Source: Lepidodermella squamata (taxonomy: Eukaryota; Animalia; Gastrotricha). From it: DNA of 64,000 bases. The translations under genes were made by a program, and so were the position numbers. This document shows positions 24,611 to 36,084 of the stretch, piece by piece. The number at the start of each line of letters is the position of its first letter. The first letter of the stretch is position 1. The stretch lies in assembly GCA_047495785.1 (NCBI GenBank), contig JBLDXI010000032.1:124001-188000 (forward strand), in the 5' to 3' direction. The notes under the pieces were generated by a model that saw only the letters and a program-made list of their open reading frames with translations, made no database searches and had not been told where the DNA came from.

Positions 24611-26423
24611 TTATTCGCCTTCTTGATAAACTTGAAGTTTCGTAAACTCGAATTCAAACTTCTCTGCAGATCGGACCAAGGCGACTTGAACACAGAAGCC
24701 AACGGAGCTTACAAGACATAGGATGATGTAAAATGCCAGGGCTGCTTCGTTCAGCATAACTGCCGTTATCTTGAACTTTTTCTTCGGCTTTTCGTCAGCT
24801 GGTTGCTCTTGAGGATTGTTCGAGATAAGGCGAGGGTCCATTTGCTTTCCGCTTTTGACGCGGTCTTCTTCTTTTTCTTTTTCGGCTTCTTCCTGGGCTT
24901 CCTCATTTCCGAGGACTCGAAGGATGGCTGCACATAGAATGTTGATAAGCGCAGTTACCACTAGAAAATATTGTTGCATTAAAGGAATGAATGAGATTCG
25001 ATTGGGAGGGCATACTTATGTGGAAAATGAAAAAAGTCATCAGCATAGGAATTTCGTCGGATGTAGCTGGGATGGCGGCGACAAACATCACGTAGAGAAT
25101 GAAATACGAAATCAGTGCGTTGATGATCGTATTCATTTTTTCTTCGCCTTTTGCAGGTATGATGAATGTCGCAGCAGTCATGACGTAGACGCACACTGAG
25201 AAACAAGGAAACGTTCAGCTGGTAAGCTAAAACACTTCAAGACCGCACCTAAAGGAAACGCAATAGTCCAAACGTAGTAGGAGAACTTCCCTGTAAATAA
25301 ATGCTTTGTGTAGGAAGAGAGTTATGATATATCCGCAAATTACTTTCAATTTTAAGCCAAAAGTGCATCCCTGGTATGGTGTTTGAGTATCGAATAGCCT
25401 GCCCATCTAGTCGCCTGAAATCAAAGCATAAGAAATAGAATCGATATAGGAACCTATATAACTTACCACAGTGGATGGCTTGCGCTCTCATCCATTAAAA
25501 CTATCCCTCGAGTGCGATCAGTTACGTTGTATATGATTTCGCCCGTGTCCTCCAATGGTGAAATAATCAGAAGGCGACAATATTGAGTGTCGAACGGGAA
25601 AAGATGGAAATTCATATCACTGGGTTAGAAAAGGTATGAATTGTAACAAAACATAACCCTTGGAATTTTACCAATTCAAATCGAACTTGAAAGCAACTCG
25701 CCATTCCACAAAGCCATCAGTTCTCAGCAAGACCGGAAACTAAATTTCGAGTTAAAAAAATGAAGTTTTAGATAGTGTAATTAAATGCTTTACGTTTTGC
25801 CAAGCATCGGGATACAAAACTTGACTGAAATTTCGTGAAAGAATTCAGTAAAAACCTAATGATTTATCTTCGAATCTTACGAAGCTCCATTTTGAACTAA
25901 AAAAGATGTAATTAAGCTCAATCACAGGATAGATTTTTGATATTACCAGCGAAATGGGGATACCAAATGCTAGTAGCAGGCATGCTGATAGTTTCCCCAT
26001 GGCAAGCTGGATCAGTTATAGCCAATCTTTCATCCGTCCTGTAAAACCATATGCCAAAAGTATATTTTCTGAAGAATTCCAATTATTTTACCAACCATTT
26101 GAAGTGGACTATAGCGGTTATAGATACCATTTCTGACAAGTCATCCTGAGAAAATGTGTTACCATATTGAATAAAGTGCAACCTCCTTAACTTACGACGT
26201 CGTTAAGCGAGATGAGGATAACCTTCATGTCAATATTGGTCGGAATTCTAGGCAGCGAGTACTTCTTCTCATCGTTTGCTTGAATGCTGTCAGCAAGTAA
26301 ATTATCGCAATATTCACTGGCCTTCGCCCGAGCAAGAGCTTCTGCGAACGAATCATTTGCGGCTCCTCTGACTCCAGAGGCAAGTCCAAGAACAAGGACG
26401 CATGCAATAAAGGATCGTTGCAT
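24611..26423 (-). CDS. Multi-exon Cys-loop channel subunit LGIC-12 (subfamily C-like, short N-terminus)
   Basis: Signal peptide; hand-spliced CDMNFHLFPFDTQYC; M2 GEEKMNTIINALISY; includes a 16-nt exon (VQNGAS). Confidence 0.86.
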
Positions 26424-26740
26424 TTTCTATTAACGCTGATGGAGGGTTCAAAGCTTTTTCAGCCTTCCCAACAGCTTTTCTCGTTGTGTCAAATCAACCG
26501 AAATACCGATTTACCGATAAAACGTTTTAATTTATTAATTTCCTTCCGCTTGCAGCACACTTGACAAAAGAAAATATAGAATAAAAGATGGCGGACGTAG
26601 AGCATCATCACACGCTTTTTCATGGCAGTAGCGTAGCATTCTTCATTATATTTGCACAACAACGGTCGATCAAGTCGGGCCTTTCACGTAGTATGACTGA
26701 AATACCGATTGGTTTGAAACATATTGATCAATAAAAAACA

Positions 26741-28887
26741 TCAATAATCCGGCTGCTGGCGAGATTGGCCGCCGCTTTGTTGCGGGTATCTTGGCGAGCT
26801 GTTTGACAGACCTCCGCTACCTCCTAAAGGGTTCGACAAACCAGGAACGAAAGAGCCGCCGCCGAACACAGCAGCGCTAGACGGGCTTCTAAATGCACCG
26901 CTTTGAGGGAGACTCGATAGGGCTCCAAGTCCGCTTTGTCCGAAGCCACCAGAACCTCCCAGTGCGTTATTAGCTCCCAAAAGGCCATTTTGCGAACCGA
27001 AAATCGGCATACTATTACCTCGAGCTAACGGGTTACCAAAACCAGCGCCGTAGCCTCCCGCAGGCGGGACCGGGCCGAAACCTCCGATTCCACCGAAACC
27101 TGATCCACCTGCAGGTGCAGCGGCAGGCGGTGGTGGAGGGGGTGCTTGGGGCTCAACCGGTCCGTTGCTAGTTATAAACTCCACTGGAATCGCAGATTCG
27201 TCGGGTTTTTGTAGGAAGACTGTCGTAACTTTCGGATCTTTGTTTTCTTTTGCAACTACCTCCCCAGGTCGCGTTGACGGTGAGTCAGGTCTCGCATTAG
27301 GCTGATCCGGCTGGTTGGCTGGAAGGCCGTAGATTGGTACCTGAGGCCCAGGTGCTTGTGAAGGTCCCGAGGGTTGTTGATAAGAATTTGGCTCTGGAGC
27401 ACCGAACTGGCGGCGCTGTAATTCCTGCAACTGCTGGAGTTCTCGAGCCGTCATAGTGTTAACTGGCGGCCTGCCTTGAGGCACTGTGTTAACAGGGGGT
27501 CGGTCTTGAGGGAGCGGCTGCTGTCGCTGAGGTTGCTGGGGCCGAGATTGCGGAGGGTAATTCGCCTCGGCATCGTAATCGTAATCGTTAGGTTGGGGCG
27601 TCGTCATCCCACCACGGGAAGGTTGCTGCCAGCCCCTGGATGGTGGCCCGGACTGGTAGTATGGTGACTGCTGACCACCGAAATTACCGCCCCGTTGAGG
27701 TTGCTGATAATAAGGATCCTGATTTTGCTGCTGGCCAGCGTAAGGATCCTGGTAGTTGTTGTACCCTTGCTGAGGCTGGTTGTACCCTTGCTGAGGCTGG
27801 TTATAACCTTGCTGAGGCTGGTTATAACCTTGCTGGGGTTGATTAAATCCCTGCTGAGGCTGGTTATACCCTTGCTGGGGTTGGTTATTGAAATCCTGTG
27901 GTTGGTTATCATAGCCTTGTTGCGGTTGGAAACGAGACTGGCCATATGGGGATCCGTACTGGTATTGTGATGGTTGCTGGGCCGACTGAATAGGATTCGG
28001 ATCGCCATAATTTGGCGTTACACCAAGCATGCGGGGCTCAGGTGTGACTACTGGGGCCTGCGGGATTGGAGCGCGCCCAAACAAAGCATTTTGCTGAGAA
28101 TCACTGGTTTGACCAAACGAAGCCGGCATGGGAGGAGCTATAAGAGTTCGTTGAGTTGTCAACACTCCAGGCATGAAAGCAAGAGGCCCAGAGAGGCCTT
28201 GAGCTTGCAACCTAATGAATGACAAACATAAATTATGACATCAGTAATTGTCTGAAATAATTACCCGCTAGATGGGAAGGAAGCCTGTAGCGGAATTAAT
28301 CCAGGCTGTTGCACCTGTTGAGGAGTCTGAGATTGTGCTGCTGCAGGAGCTTGTTGTCTGCTTGATCGGCTAAATGTCAACAAAAACAAGTTAAACTCGT
28401 GAAATCAACAACATTATGCGGTAGGCCAAAGCTTAATACTCAGTGAGGGTACCCGTAAGCAATATGAATAGGAACGACTTTGAAGCTACTGGCTGGATGT
28501 TCGCGAGAAATATTCGCCCGTTGAACGGGTTGAACGTATTGAACCCCTTTAATCTCATCATGAAAAGAAGACCCTTCTTCATCATAGCTAGACATCAAAC
28601 AGAAGGAGATGATTTCGTTTTTTAGGGGCTAATTCCCAGTCAAACTAAGTATGTTACCTCCAGCTTGGGTCGTAATCATCGTAACTCGGCGAATCTGGTT
28701 GTTGGCGTGACGATTGGCGCGCAAGAGCAGGTTGAGGGGCCGGAAAGCGCTGAGTCGGCTGGGCGCCCCATAGCGAGAGCCCTTGACCATAATTTCGCCC
28801 AGCACTTGGCGGATAGAATTGCGCGTAGACGATAGGCGCCATTAGGGCGGAGATGCCTATCGCAGCAACAAGGTGACACTTGACCAT
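26741..28887 (-). CDS. Secreted Gln/Pro/Gly/Tyr-rich low-complexity protein (QP-1), 3-4 exons
   Basis: Signal-peptide exon 28658-28887 splices in phase to about 28265-28369 and then to the long exon ending at 26741; QQGYNQP repeats, poly-Pro and GGFG tracts. Confidence 0.8.
27770..27925 (-). repeat. Coding 21-bp tandem repeat encoding (QQGYNQP)n
   Basis: Repeated ctgaggctggtt[a/g]ta[a/c]ccttg unit, about 6-7 copies. Confidence 0.9.
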
Positions 28888-30014
28888 GTTGCACTTGAAA
28901 TCAGTTAGTCAGCCAATTTTTAAGAGTCTATTGACGGAAAAATGTGCAACAATAGAGCGTTTCATGAAGACGCAACAAGGCACACAAAACAAAACGCACG
29001 TTTCCTCGCTAAAGCACGCAAAACAATGCTCTCTTTTTGATAAATTGTTTGTTGTCCCGATAACTTAGCTTATACTGAAATTAGCTATGCATAAGTGGTT
29101 TCTCGAGCATGGTAAATAACTACTATCAATTGTTTCCAAGAGCTGACTAAAGAACATTCAGCATTCAGCTGTGCGCGTGTTTTTGTTAAAAACAAAGAAT
29201 AGGCGATGCCAGTATTTAGCAGGAACCACAAAAATTGCAGTAGGCACGTAATAATTGTAAAATTCTTGATTTAGACATCAACTTATTAGCATAACAGGTT
29301 GTTAAAGTAATATTGGGTAATGGCAAAGTGCTTTGCACATGCGTGTAGCTCATCTCCAGCTTAACGCGCACTTTTTGTTTAACATGCCTCGAGTTTAATT
29401 TCAAGTGAACATGCCGACCACGGCGTAAGCAACGAGGGGCCATCTCATGTATAACAAGAAAATCTTGATAAGGAGAAAAGGCGTGAAAAGGCCGGTCATC
29501 ATTTTCGCGGCCAATTGTTGTCGTGCTCATCCTTTTTCTTAATCTTTCTGGATCTTTCTGCTCGACGTAGTCACCCACGCAATTGTGTTCCTTATTGTTT
29601 TCCAACAACAAACAAAACTCGGCGTTATTCACTGAAAATAATTTATTTCTTTCAGAAGTCCGGCTTTTCAGGCGAAACAACATTGAAATGAACAATGATC
29701 AGGTTTTCTCATCGAAAATAAATAATATTATACTTCGATTGATGTGTTTTCGGTCGAAATCAGTCATTTTTCATATGCAAAATTTTACCATCTCTTTTGA
29801 GATGGGCGGCTAAAGGCGACATATTTTGTTGTTCAAATAACACCACATAAATAAATAATAAACAGCACTGCATTAAAATTAGCATCAAAGATACGTTTGA
29901 TAAGTTAAATGCTTTCTTCCTACTTAATTAATATGTTTTTAAATTTACAATAATATAAACACGCAGGACGAGAATAAAAAGGTTATCATAGCGAATAAAC
30001 CGAGACGAGCAGGA

Positions 30015-31710
30015 TTAATATGGGTATTGAGGAATTCCTTGGTACGGGTAGCCACCTTGATTCGGGTATCCGGCCTGGCTCGGGTAGTTGCCTTGCGGAT
30101 AACCAGCCTGAGGATAGCCTTGGTCAGGGTATCCCGCCTGAGGATAGCCCTGAGGGTAGCCCTGGTACGGGTCGTAACCTGGGTTCTGTTGAGCCGCTAG
30201 TTGCTGCTGAGCAAGTTGTCTTTGAGCAAATTGATCCTGAGTGAGACCTTGCGGCTGTTGCGGGGCTACTAAGGCCTGTTGCTGTTGCGGCTGTTGCGGC
30301 TGAGCTTGAGCCTGTACTTGTTGCTGAGGCTGCGGCGCGATGATTGGTTGAGGGGCGCCGGGGAACACGCTGTTCGGATTAGCGAGGGTTAAGTCGTCGT
30401 GGTTCTCTCCAGTGAGTTGATAATTAGGCGCTAGGAATGCAACAGGTGGCTGCGCAACTTGCGGCTGTGACGCCAACGGGGCCTGTTGCTGTTGAACTAC
30501 TTGCTGTTGAATAGGCTGTTGCTGCAAGACCTGCTGCTGAACAGGCTGTTGGACGAATTGTTGCGGAACTTGTTGCTGAGCAAACTGCTGAAGAGGTTGT
30601 TGTTGTTGTTGAGCGAATTGTTGATCGACTGGCTGTTGAGCGAATTGTTGAGCAACTGGTTGCTGAGCAAACTGTTGGACTGGCTGTTGAGCGAATTGTT
30701 GCTGGAGGGGCTGCTGCTGTTGTTGGAATACAGGCTGTTGCTGCTGGAATACCGGCTGCTGTTGTTGTTGCTGCTGCTGCGGCTGTTGGGCCTGCTGAGC
30801 TGCGATTTGTTCGACCGGAAGCGCCTGAGCGCCTGGTTGGAGGTACATCAAAGATGGAACCAATCGAGCGGCCCATGGAGTGAATCCTTGCGGCTGTTGT
30901 TGTTGTTGCTGCTGCTGCTGTGGAGGCGCTGCTTGCTGCTGAATGGGCTGTTGTTGTTGTTGAACAACCTGTTGCTGGACCGGCGGTTGGGCTGGGGCCT
31001 GTTGCTGTTGCTGCTGTTGTTGCCTTTGCTGCTGCTGGGCCTGAAGAGCAGCTAACAGGAGTTGCCTCTGCTGCTCCTCTTGCGCTTTCTAAATACGGTT
31101 AATTAGAATGCCTTGCAAAGTGTGAAATAAATCCTCTAACCTTTTGGCGTTCGGCTTCCGCCGCACGCTCAGCCTCAACGCGTTTCCTTTCTTCCTCTTG
31201 AGCCCTGCGCTCTGCAGCCTGTTGTTTCTGGCGGGCTTGTTCCTCCATCTGCTGGGCCATTTTATCGCCAAGACCAGGCTGAAGGCTGTTCATGAGCCGG
31301 GCGAGACTAGGCGAAAGGCGTCCAGAACCACCACCGCTAGGGCGAGGAGGAGGAGCCTGCTGCTGGCCACCTCCGCCGCCGCCGCCGCCTCCGAATCCTT
31401 GGGGGCCGCCGAAGCCACCCTGTCCTCCGAATCCCTGGCCACCCTCGGGTCCGCCTGGGCCGCCGAAGCCCCCCGGACCACCAAAGCCGCCCTGGCCGCC
31501 AGGACCACCAAAGCCACCCTGGCCGCCATCAGGGGCTCCTCCGAACCCTCCTGGGCCTCCAAATCCACCTTCACCACCGCCACCGAAACCCCCTGGTCCA
31601 CCTCCACCCCCACCGAACCCTCCGGCGCCTTCGTCGCCCCCTCCGAAGAATTGTGCCTTGCAGGATGCTGAGATCAGCGCAACGCAGATAACCACCTTGA
31701 AAGCCGCCAT
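30015..31710 (-). CDS. Secreted Gly-rich / coiled-coil / Gln-rich / YPQG-repeat protein (QP-2), about 547 aa
   Basis: Exon 1 31141-31710, GT-AG intron 31089-31140, exon 2 30015-31088 in frame (ERQK|[11 protein letters not shown]). Confidence 0.88.
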
Positions 31711-32368
31711 AACTCTATTTTACTAAATCCTAACATGCGAAAAGAACGGGTTAAAATGGATGCTACTAAAGAAAAGAGAAACAATCCGGGGCTGGAAAAT
31801 CAGTAAATGCATAGTTGAACTGTAATGACTCTTTCTGAACTCATTCGCAAAATGGAAATGGATATTGGATTGGATATTGTAAAAATCAGCCGCCACCAAA
31901 TGACTCGTGGGAAAAATTCCGTTGCGTAATGCAAGTGTTTATGATAGAGTGCAATAGATCCAAAACCGTGTGTTCAGTGTATCATGCTTTCGTGAAATCA
32001 ATCTTCTTTATTGCCAACGTTTTTTCATCTTCTTCCAAGATGCGGTACGTCAAAAAGTTAGTAGAATCACCATGCATTAGAAAAAGAATTACATGCCAGG
32101 AATTTAACGCACCCGTGCTCAAGCGCAACAACGCAACAGTTAAGCGTGTGAATGGAACAAAGTGAAAAAAGTGCGGATAACTCCTAAAAATAAAGCCTCT
32201 GAAGTTTTAAATCACTTGAAAAAAATTGAAGAGAGAAAGAAACAAATCAGCTGCAACCGGGATGATTCGAGCACCGGAAAGAAGAAGTAACGTGCAAATC
32301 AGCCGGCTGATTAGGAATATTTCGCCCTTTCTCCATTTATCTAAACTAATGAGGTCAGTGCTACAAAA

Positions 32369-33617
32369 TTACCATCCTTGGTAATTCTGCGGGTAACCTT
32401 GGGGATAACCCTGAGGATAAGCCTGAGCGTATCCCTGGGGGTAACCCTGAGGATAACCCTGGTATGGGTCGTAACCATTCTGTTGGGCGAGCAGTTGCTG
32501 TTGGGCTAATTGCTGCTGTTGTTGAGGGGTAAGTTGCTGCTGTTGCTGAAGGGGGGCCTGTTGCTGAGGAACCTGCTGAACGGGGATCTGCTGCTGGGCG
32601 ATGAGTTGCTGCTGAACCTGTTGCTGAGCTCCGGCGTTAGGATTGGCAAGGGTCAAATCATCTTGGTTAACTCCGTTCAGGTTGTAGTTGGGCGTAAGGA
32701 AGGCAAGCTGGCCCTGAGTGTACTGAGGGGCTGTGGCGGCTGGGCGCTGAACAAACTGCTGCTGAACAGGCTGTTGAACAACCTGTTGTTGGACGGGCTG
32801 TTGGACGAATTGCTGCTGAACAGGCTGTTGGACAACAGGCTGTTGCTGCTGCTGCTGAGCGGCGATTTGGTCAACGGGGAGAGCGGCAGCTCCAGGCTGG
32901 AGGTACATCAGTGATGGGACGAGGTTAGCAGACCATGGCGAGTTCCAGCCCTGCTGCTGGGGTTGCTGCTGCTGAACGGGAGCCTGTTGGACAACCTGCT
33001 GCTGGACAGGGGCCTGCTGTTGCTGTCTCTGCTGCTGCTGTTGTTGAGCCAGAAGTGCGGCCGCAAGGAGTTGCCTCTGCTGCTCCTCTTGCGCTTTCTA
33101 AAAATTCGTTAAGGAGGAGTTTTTTTTTCGAGGGATTATTAATGAGTCACCCTACCTTTTGACGCTCAGCTTCCGCAGCGCGTTCGGCCTCCTGGCGTTT
33201 GCGCTCCTCCTCCTGAGCACGGCGCTGCTGGTCGAGCTCCTTCTGACGGGCTTGTTCCTCCATTTGCTGGGCCATTTTGTCGCCAAGACCAGGCTGGAGG
33301 CTGTTCATGAGGCGAGCAAGGCTGGGCGAGAGACGGCCTGAGCCGCTGCGGGCCGGGGCTGGGGCCGGAGCAGGCGCTTGTTGTCCCCCTCCGAAACCGC
33401 CCTGACCGCCGAAGTTACCCTGACCACCGAAACCCTGACCACCTTGATCGGGTCCTGCAAAACCACCTTGATCAGGTCCCTGGAAGCCACCCTGGCCTCC
33501 GTCACCTCCCTGGAAGGCAAGAGGCCCTTGGCCACCACCGCCACCACCGCCGAAGAACTGGGCGTTGCAGGCCGTTGCGACCAATGCAACACAGATTGCC
33601 AACTTAATAGACGCCAT
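32369..33617 (-). CDS. Secreted paralog of QP-2 (QP-3), about 396 aa
   Basis: Exon 1 33156-33617, intron 33098-33155 at the identical position, exon 2 32369-33097; identical core [34 protein letters not shown]. Confidence 0.88.
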
Positions 33618-34475
33618 GTGACTAATTTACGTTTAAAAATGAGGCAGAATAAAAAGAGAAAAACAGAGTGTGAGAGTTTGAGTCGCAAGCAGAGTAGTCT
33701 CAAAATGCTGTGGAATTCTATCCTAATCACTCATCGCCATCATCGTTTTTCGCCTATAGAAAACATGTTTTCGCGCATAATGAGGACCTCTTATGTTGTT
33801 AAATGGCTTTTTTTCATAAACTGCGGCAATTATAAAATGGTCGAGTGAGAAAGAGGTAGATTGCTAGATAGAAGAAGCCCCAACTTAGTAAGACAAGAAC
33901 GACGACCAGGAATCATGTGTGCGCGCGCGCGCGAACGCGGCGCAAAAAAAGTTACGAAAAAATTTGCGCGCGAAAATAATGGCCGCTATGATAATGGCCG
34001 GCCGGTGGTCGCTGGTTAAGCTACCTACTACTACCAGCCGGCCACCGCTTGTTTTGTCGCCGCGGCGACTCGTTGCCAACACGGCGCCGCTATTATAGAC
34101 TGCTCGAGCGTGCCTGAAACACCGTTAAATTAACTGCAAAAAAGCCAAGTAATCATCACCATGCTTGGCAATTTATTATTACCCGAGGCGCTACGACAGT
34201 GGGCAAGTTTATAGAGGTGAGAAAAAAAAAGAACTACACCTGGTGATTAGACGTGCTCGAAAAAATTGACATCAAAAACTCACCCACGTTCCATGTCGAT
34301 GGAAAAAATTAACCCAATTTTCCGTATCATCAGATATTATCATAAAAATTCTAAAGACAGCAAAAAAAATGACTTTTAGTGCAAATTATTTTATTAAAAT
34401 TTCACGCAGAAATTAGTGGTGTAAATTTTTTATTTTATTTTTTTCCGCAGTTTTTTTTCGGCCTCAAGTTGTTCA

Positions 34476-36084
34476 TCACTGGTAACCGACAGGGTTGGCG
34501 TAGATGTAGCGGTTAGGCGCGTCATCGGCCCGCCCGCTAAAGTACTGCTGGCCACCGAGTTGCGAAGCCGGTGGACCCCACTGTATCGAACCATCCTGCG
34601 ACTGCGGCTGGCTGTTGTAATTGTTGCTGTTCAAACTCGTCACGGTTGGCTGATAACCGCCGTTGAACGATGCCGCGCCACTCGGCGGTTGTAGGAACGC
34701 TAATGACGGGCTGTTCGAAAAGGCAGGTTGTTGTTGTTGCTGCTGTGAGACAGGTTGTAGGACTAGGCCCTGGTTACTTGGCACCGAGCCAAATCTATTC
34801 AGGCCGAAATTTGCTGGTTGTTGTTGCTGCTGGTTGCTGTAGTCGTAGTTAGGCTGTTGTTGTAGGCCTCGATTCGGCGACTGGGTTGGGTAGTAATTAG
34901 CGCCCTGGGTGCCCGGGTCGTAGTAGTCGGCCGGTCTGCCTTGAGTTGGAGCCGGACCGGACTGGTACTGCGGGTAGCCAGGCTGGTTGTAGCCATTGGT
35001 AGCTTGCGTCGGCGAGTTACCTGCGTTGTAGTCACCCTGGCCGTAAGGTTGCCCGCCTTGGCCACCCTGTGGGTAGTAATAATTCGGATAGCCCGAGGGT
35101 TGTTGCTGTTGTTGGGCTGGGGCGGCTCCGTTTGAAAACGCGAGGGGTGACTGGTCTGTGGGTGACCCGGATGATGGGTAGCCGGGCGCAGGGGACCCGG
35201 AGCTGTTGCCACTTTGGGCCGGTTGCTGGGCCTGTTGCTGAGCCTGTTGCTGGGCCCGAGTTGCGTTCTCCTCCTGTTGGCGGCGCTTCAATTCCTCCTG
35301 TCGCTCCTTTTCCCGCTCCTGCTGCTCACGTTTTCTCTGCATATCCTGCAGCTTTACCAATCTGATGAAAAAATTAAATAATTTTAAATTCAAAAAATTC
35401 AAAAAAATTACGTTTCGCCAATAAGACGTTTCGCAGCCGGGGTTATTTCTCCATTAGTATCGACTTGACGCTGGAAAGGCAAAAAAATTAATTCAAATTA
35501 ATTATTAAAAATTAATTTACCATAGTTCCATCAGGTAACGTGTCAACGGTATAAATTTGCATAACACCTTGAAAAAAATTATCGATATTTATTTTTGGAA
35601 ATTTTTCGATTTTTTTACCTTTGCCTCCAGTTGGTGTTTGGAAGTTGATGACGTTGTTCGGTTTCAGCCTCGCCAGTCCTCGAAGCACCTCGGGGCTCGG
35701 AGCGGCGCTAGGGTCGCCCGATGCCGAAACGGACCCAATGGCGCCATTCGAGTCGAAAATACTCGGGCCGAAATTCGGACTCGGCCGGCCACCCTGAGAC
35801 ATAGGCGGTTCGTTCGCCCCGCTGCTACTGCTTGGAAACGGCTGGCCGGAAGCTGGGAACAGAGGTGGCGACTGAACCCTGGGGACATTATTCGAGTTGG
35901 GCGCCGCTTGTCTTGCAGAGCCTGGGGCGGGTGGGACCTCGTAGTAAAGATCACTGCGAGGGACATTCGGAATCCCGGAATTCTGATTCACCGCAGATGG
36001 GAACATAGCATCTTGAATCGGAGTGTTTTGGGACGATGCGCCTCCCAAAATTACTCCCAAAATCACAAAGAATTTTAGCGACAT
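34476..36084 (-). CDS. Secreted Pro/Ser/Gln/Tyr-rich protein with central E/R/Q coiled coil (QP-4), 4 exons
   Basis: Signal peptide MSLKFFVILG; small exons (GVMQIYTVDTLPDGTM; RQVDTNGEITPAAKRLIGET) join in frame to LVKLQDMQRKREQQERE. Confidence 0.8.

Noticed and set aside
29216-29813. ORFs of 159 and 76 aa between QP-1 and QP-2
   Set aside because: No recognisable motif, signal peptide or splice context; likely regulatory spacer
30486-31055. 189-aa Leu-rich plus-strand ORF (similar ones at 27695-27970 and 32510-32914)
   Set aside because: Antisense shadows of CAG/CAA Gln codons in the minus-strand genes
31292-31726. Collagen- or extensin-like Pro-rich ORF on the plus strand
   Set aside because: Reverse complement of the Gly-rich exon of QP-2; it has no signal peptide, and the minus frame has a paralog with a conserved splice site
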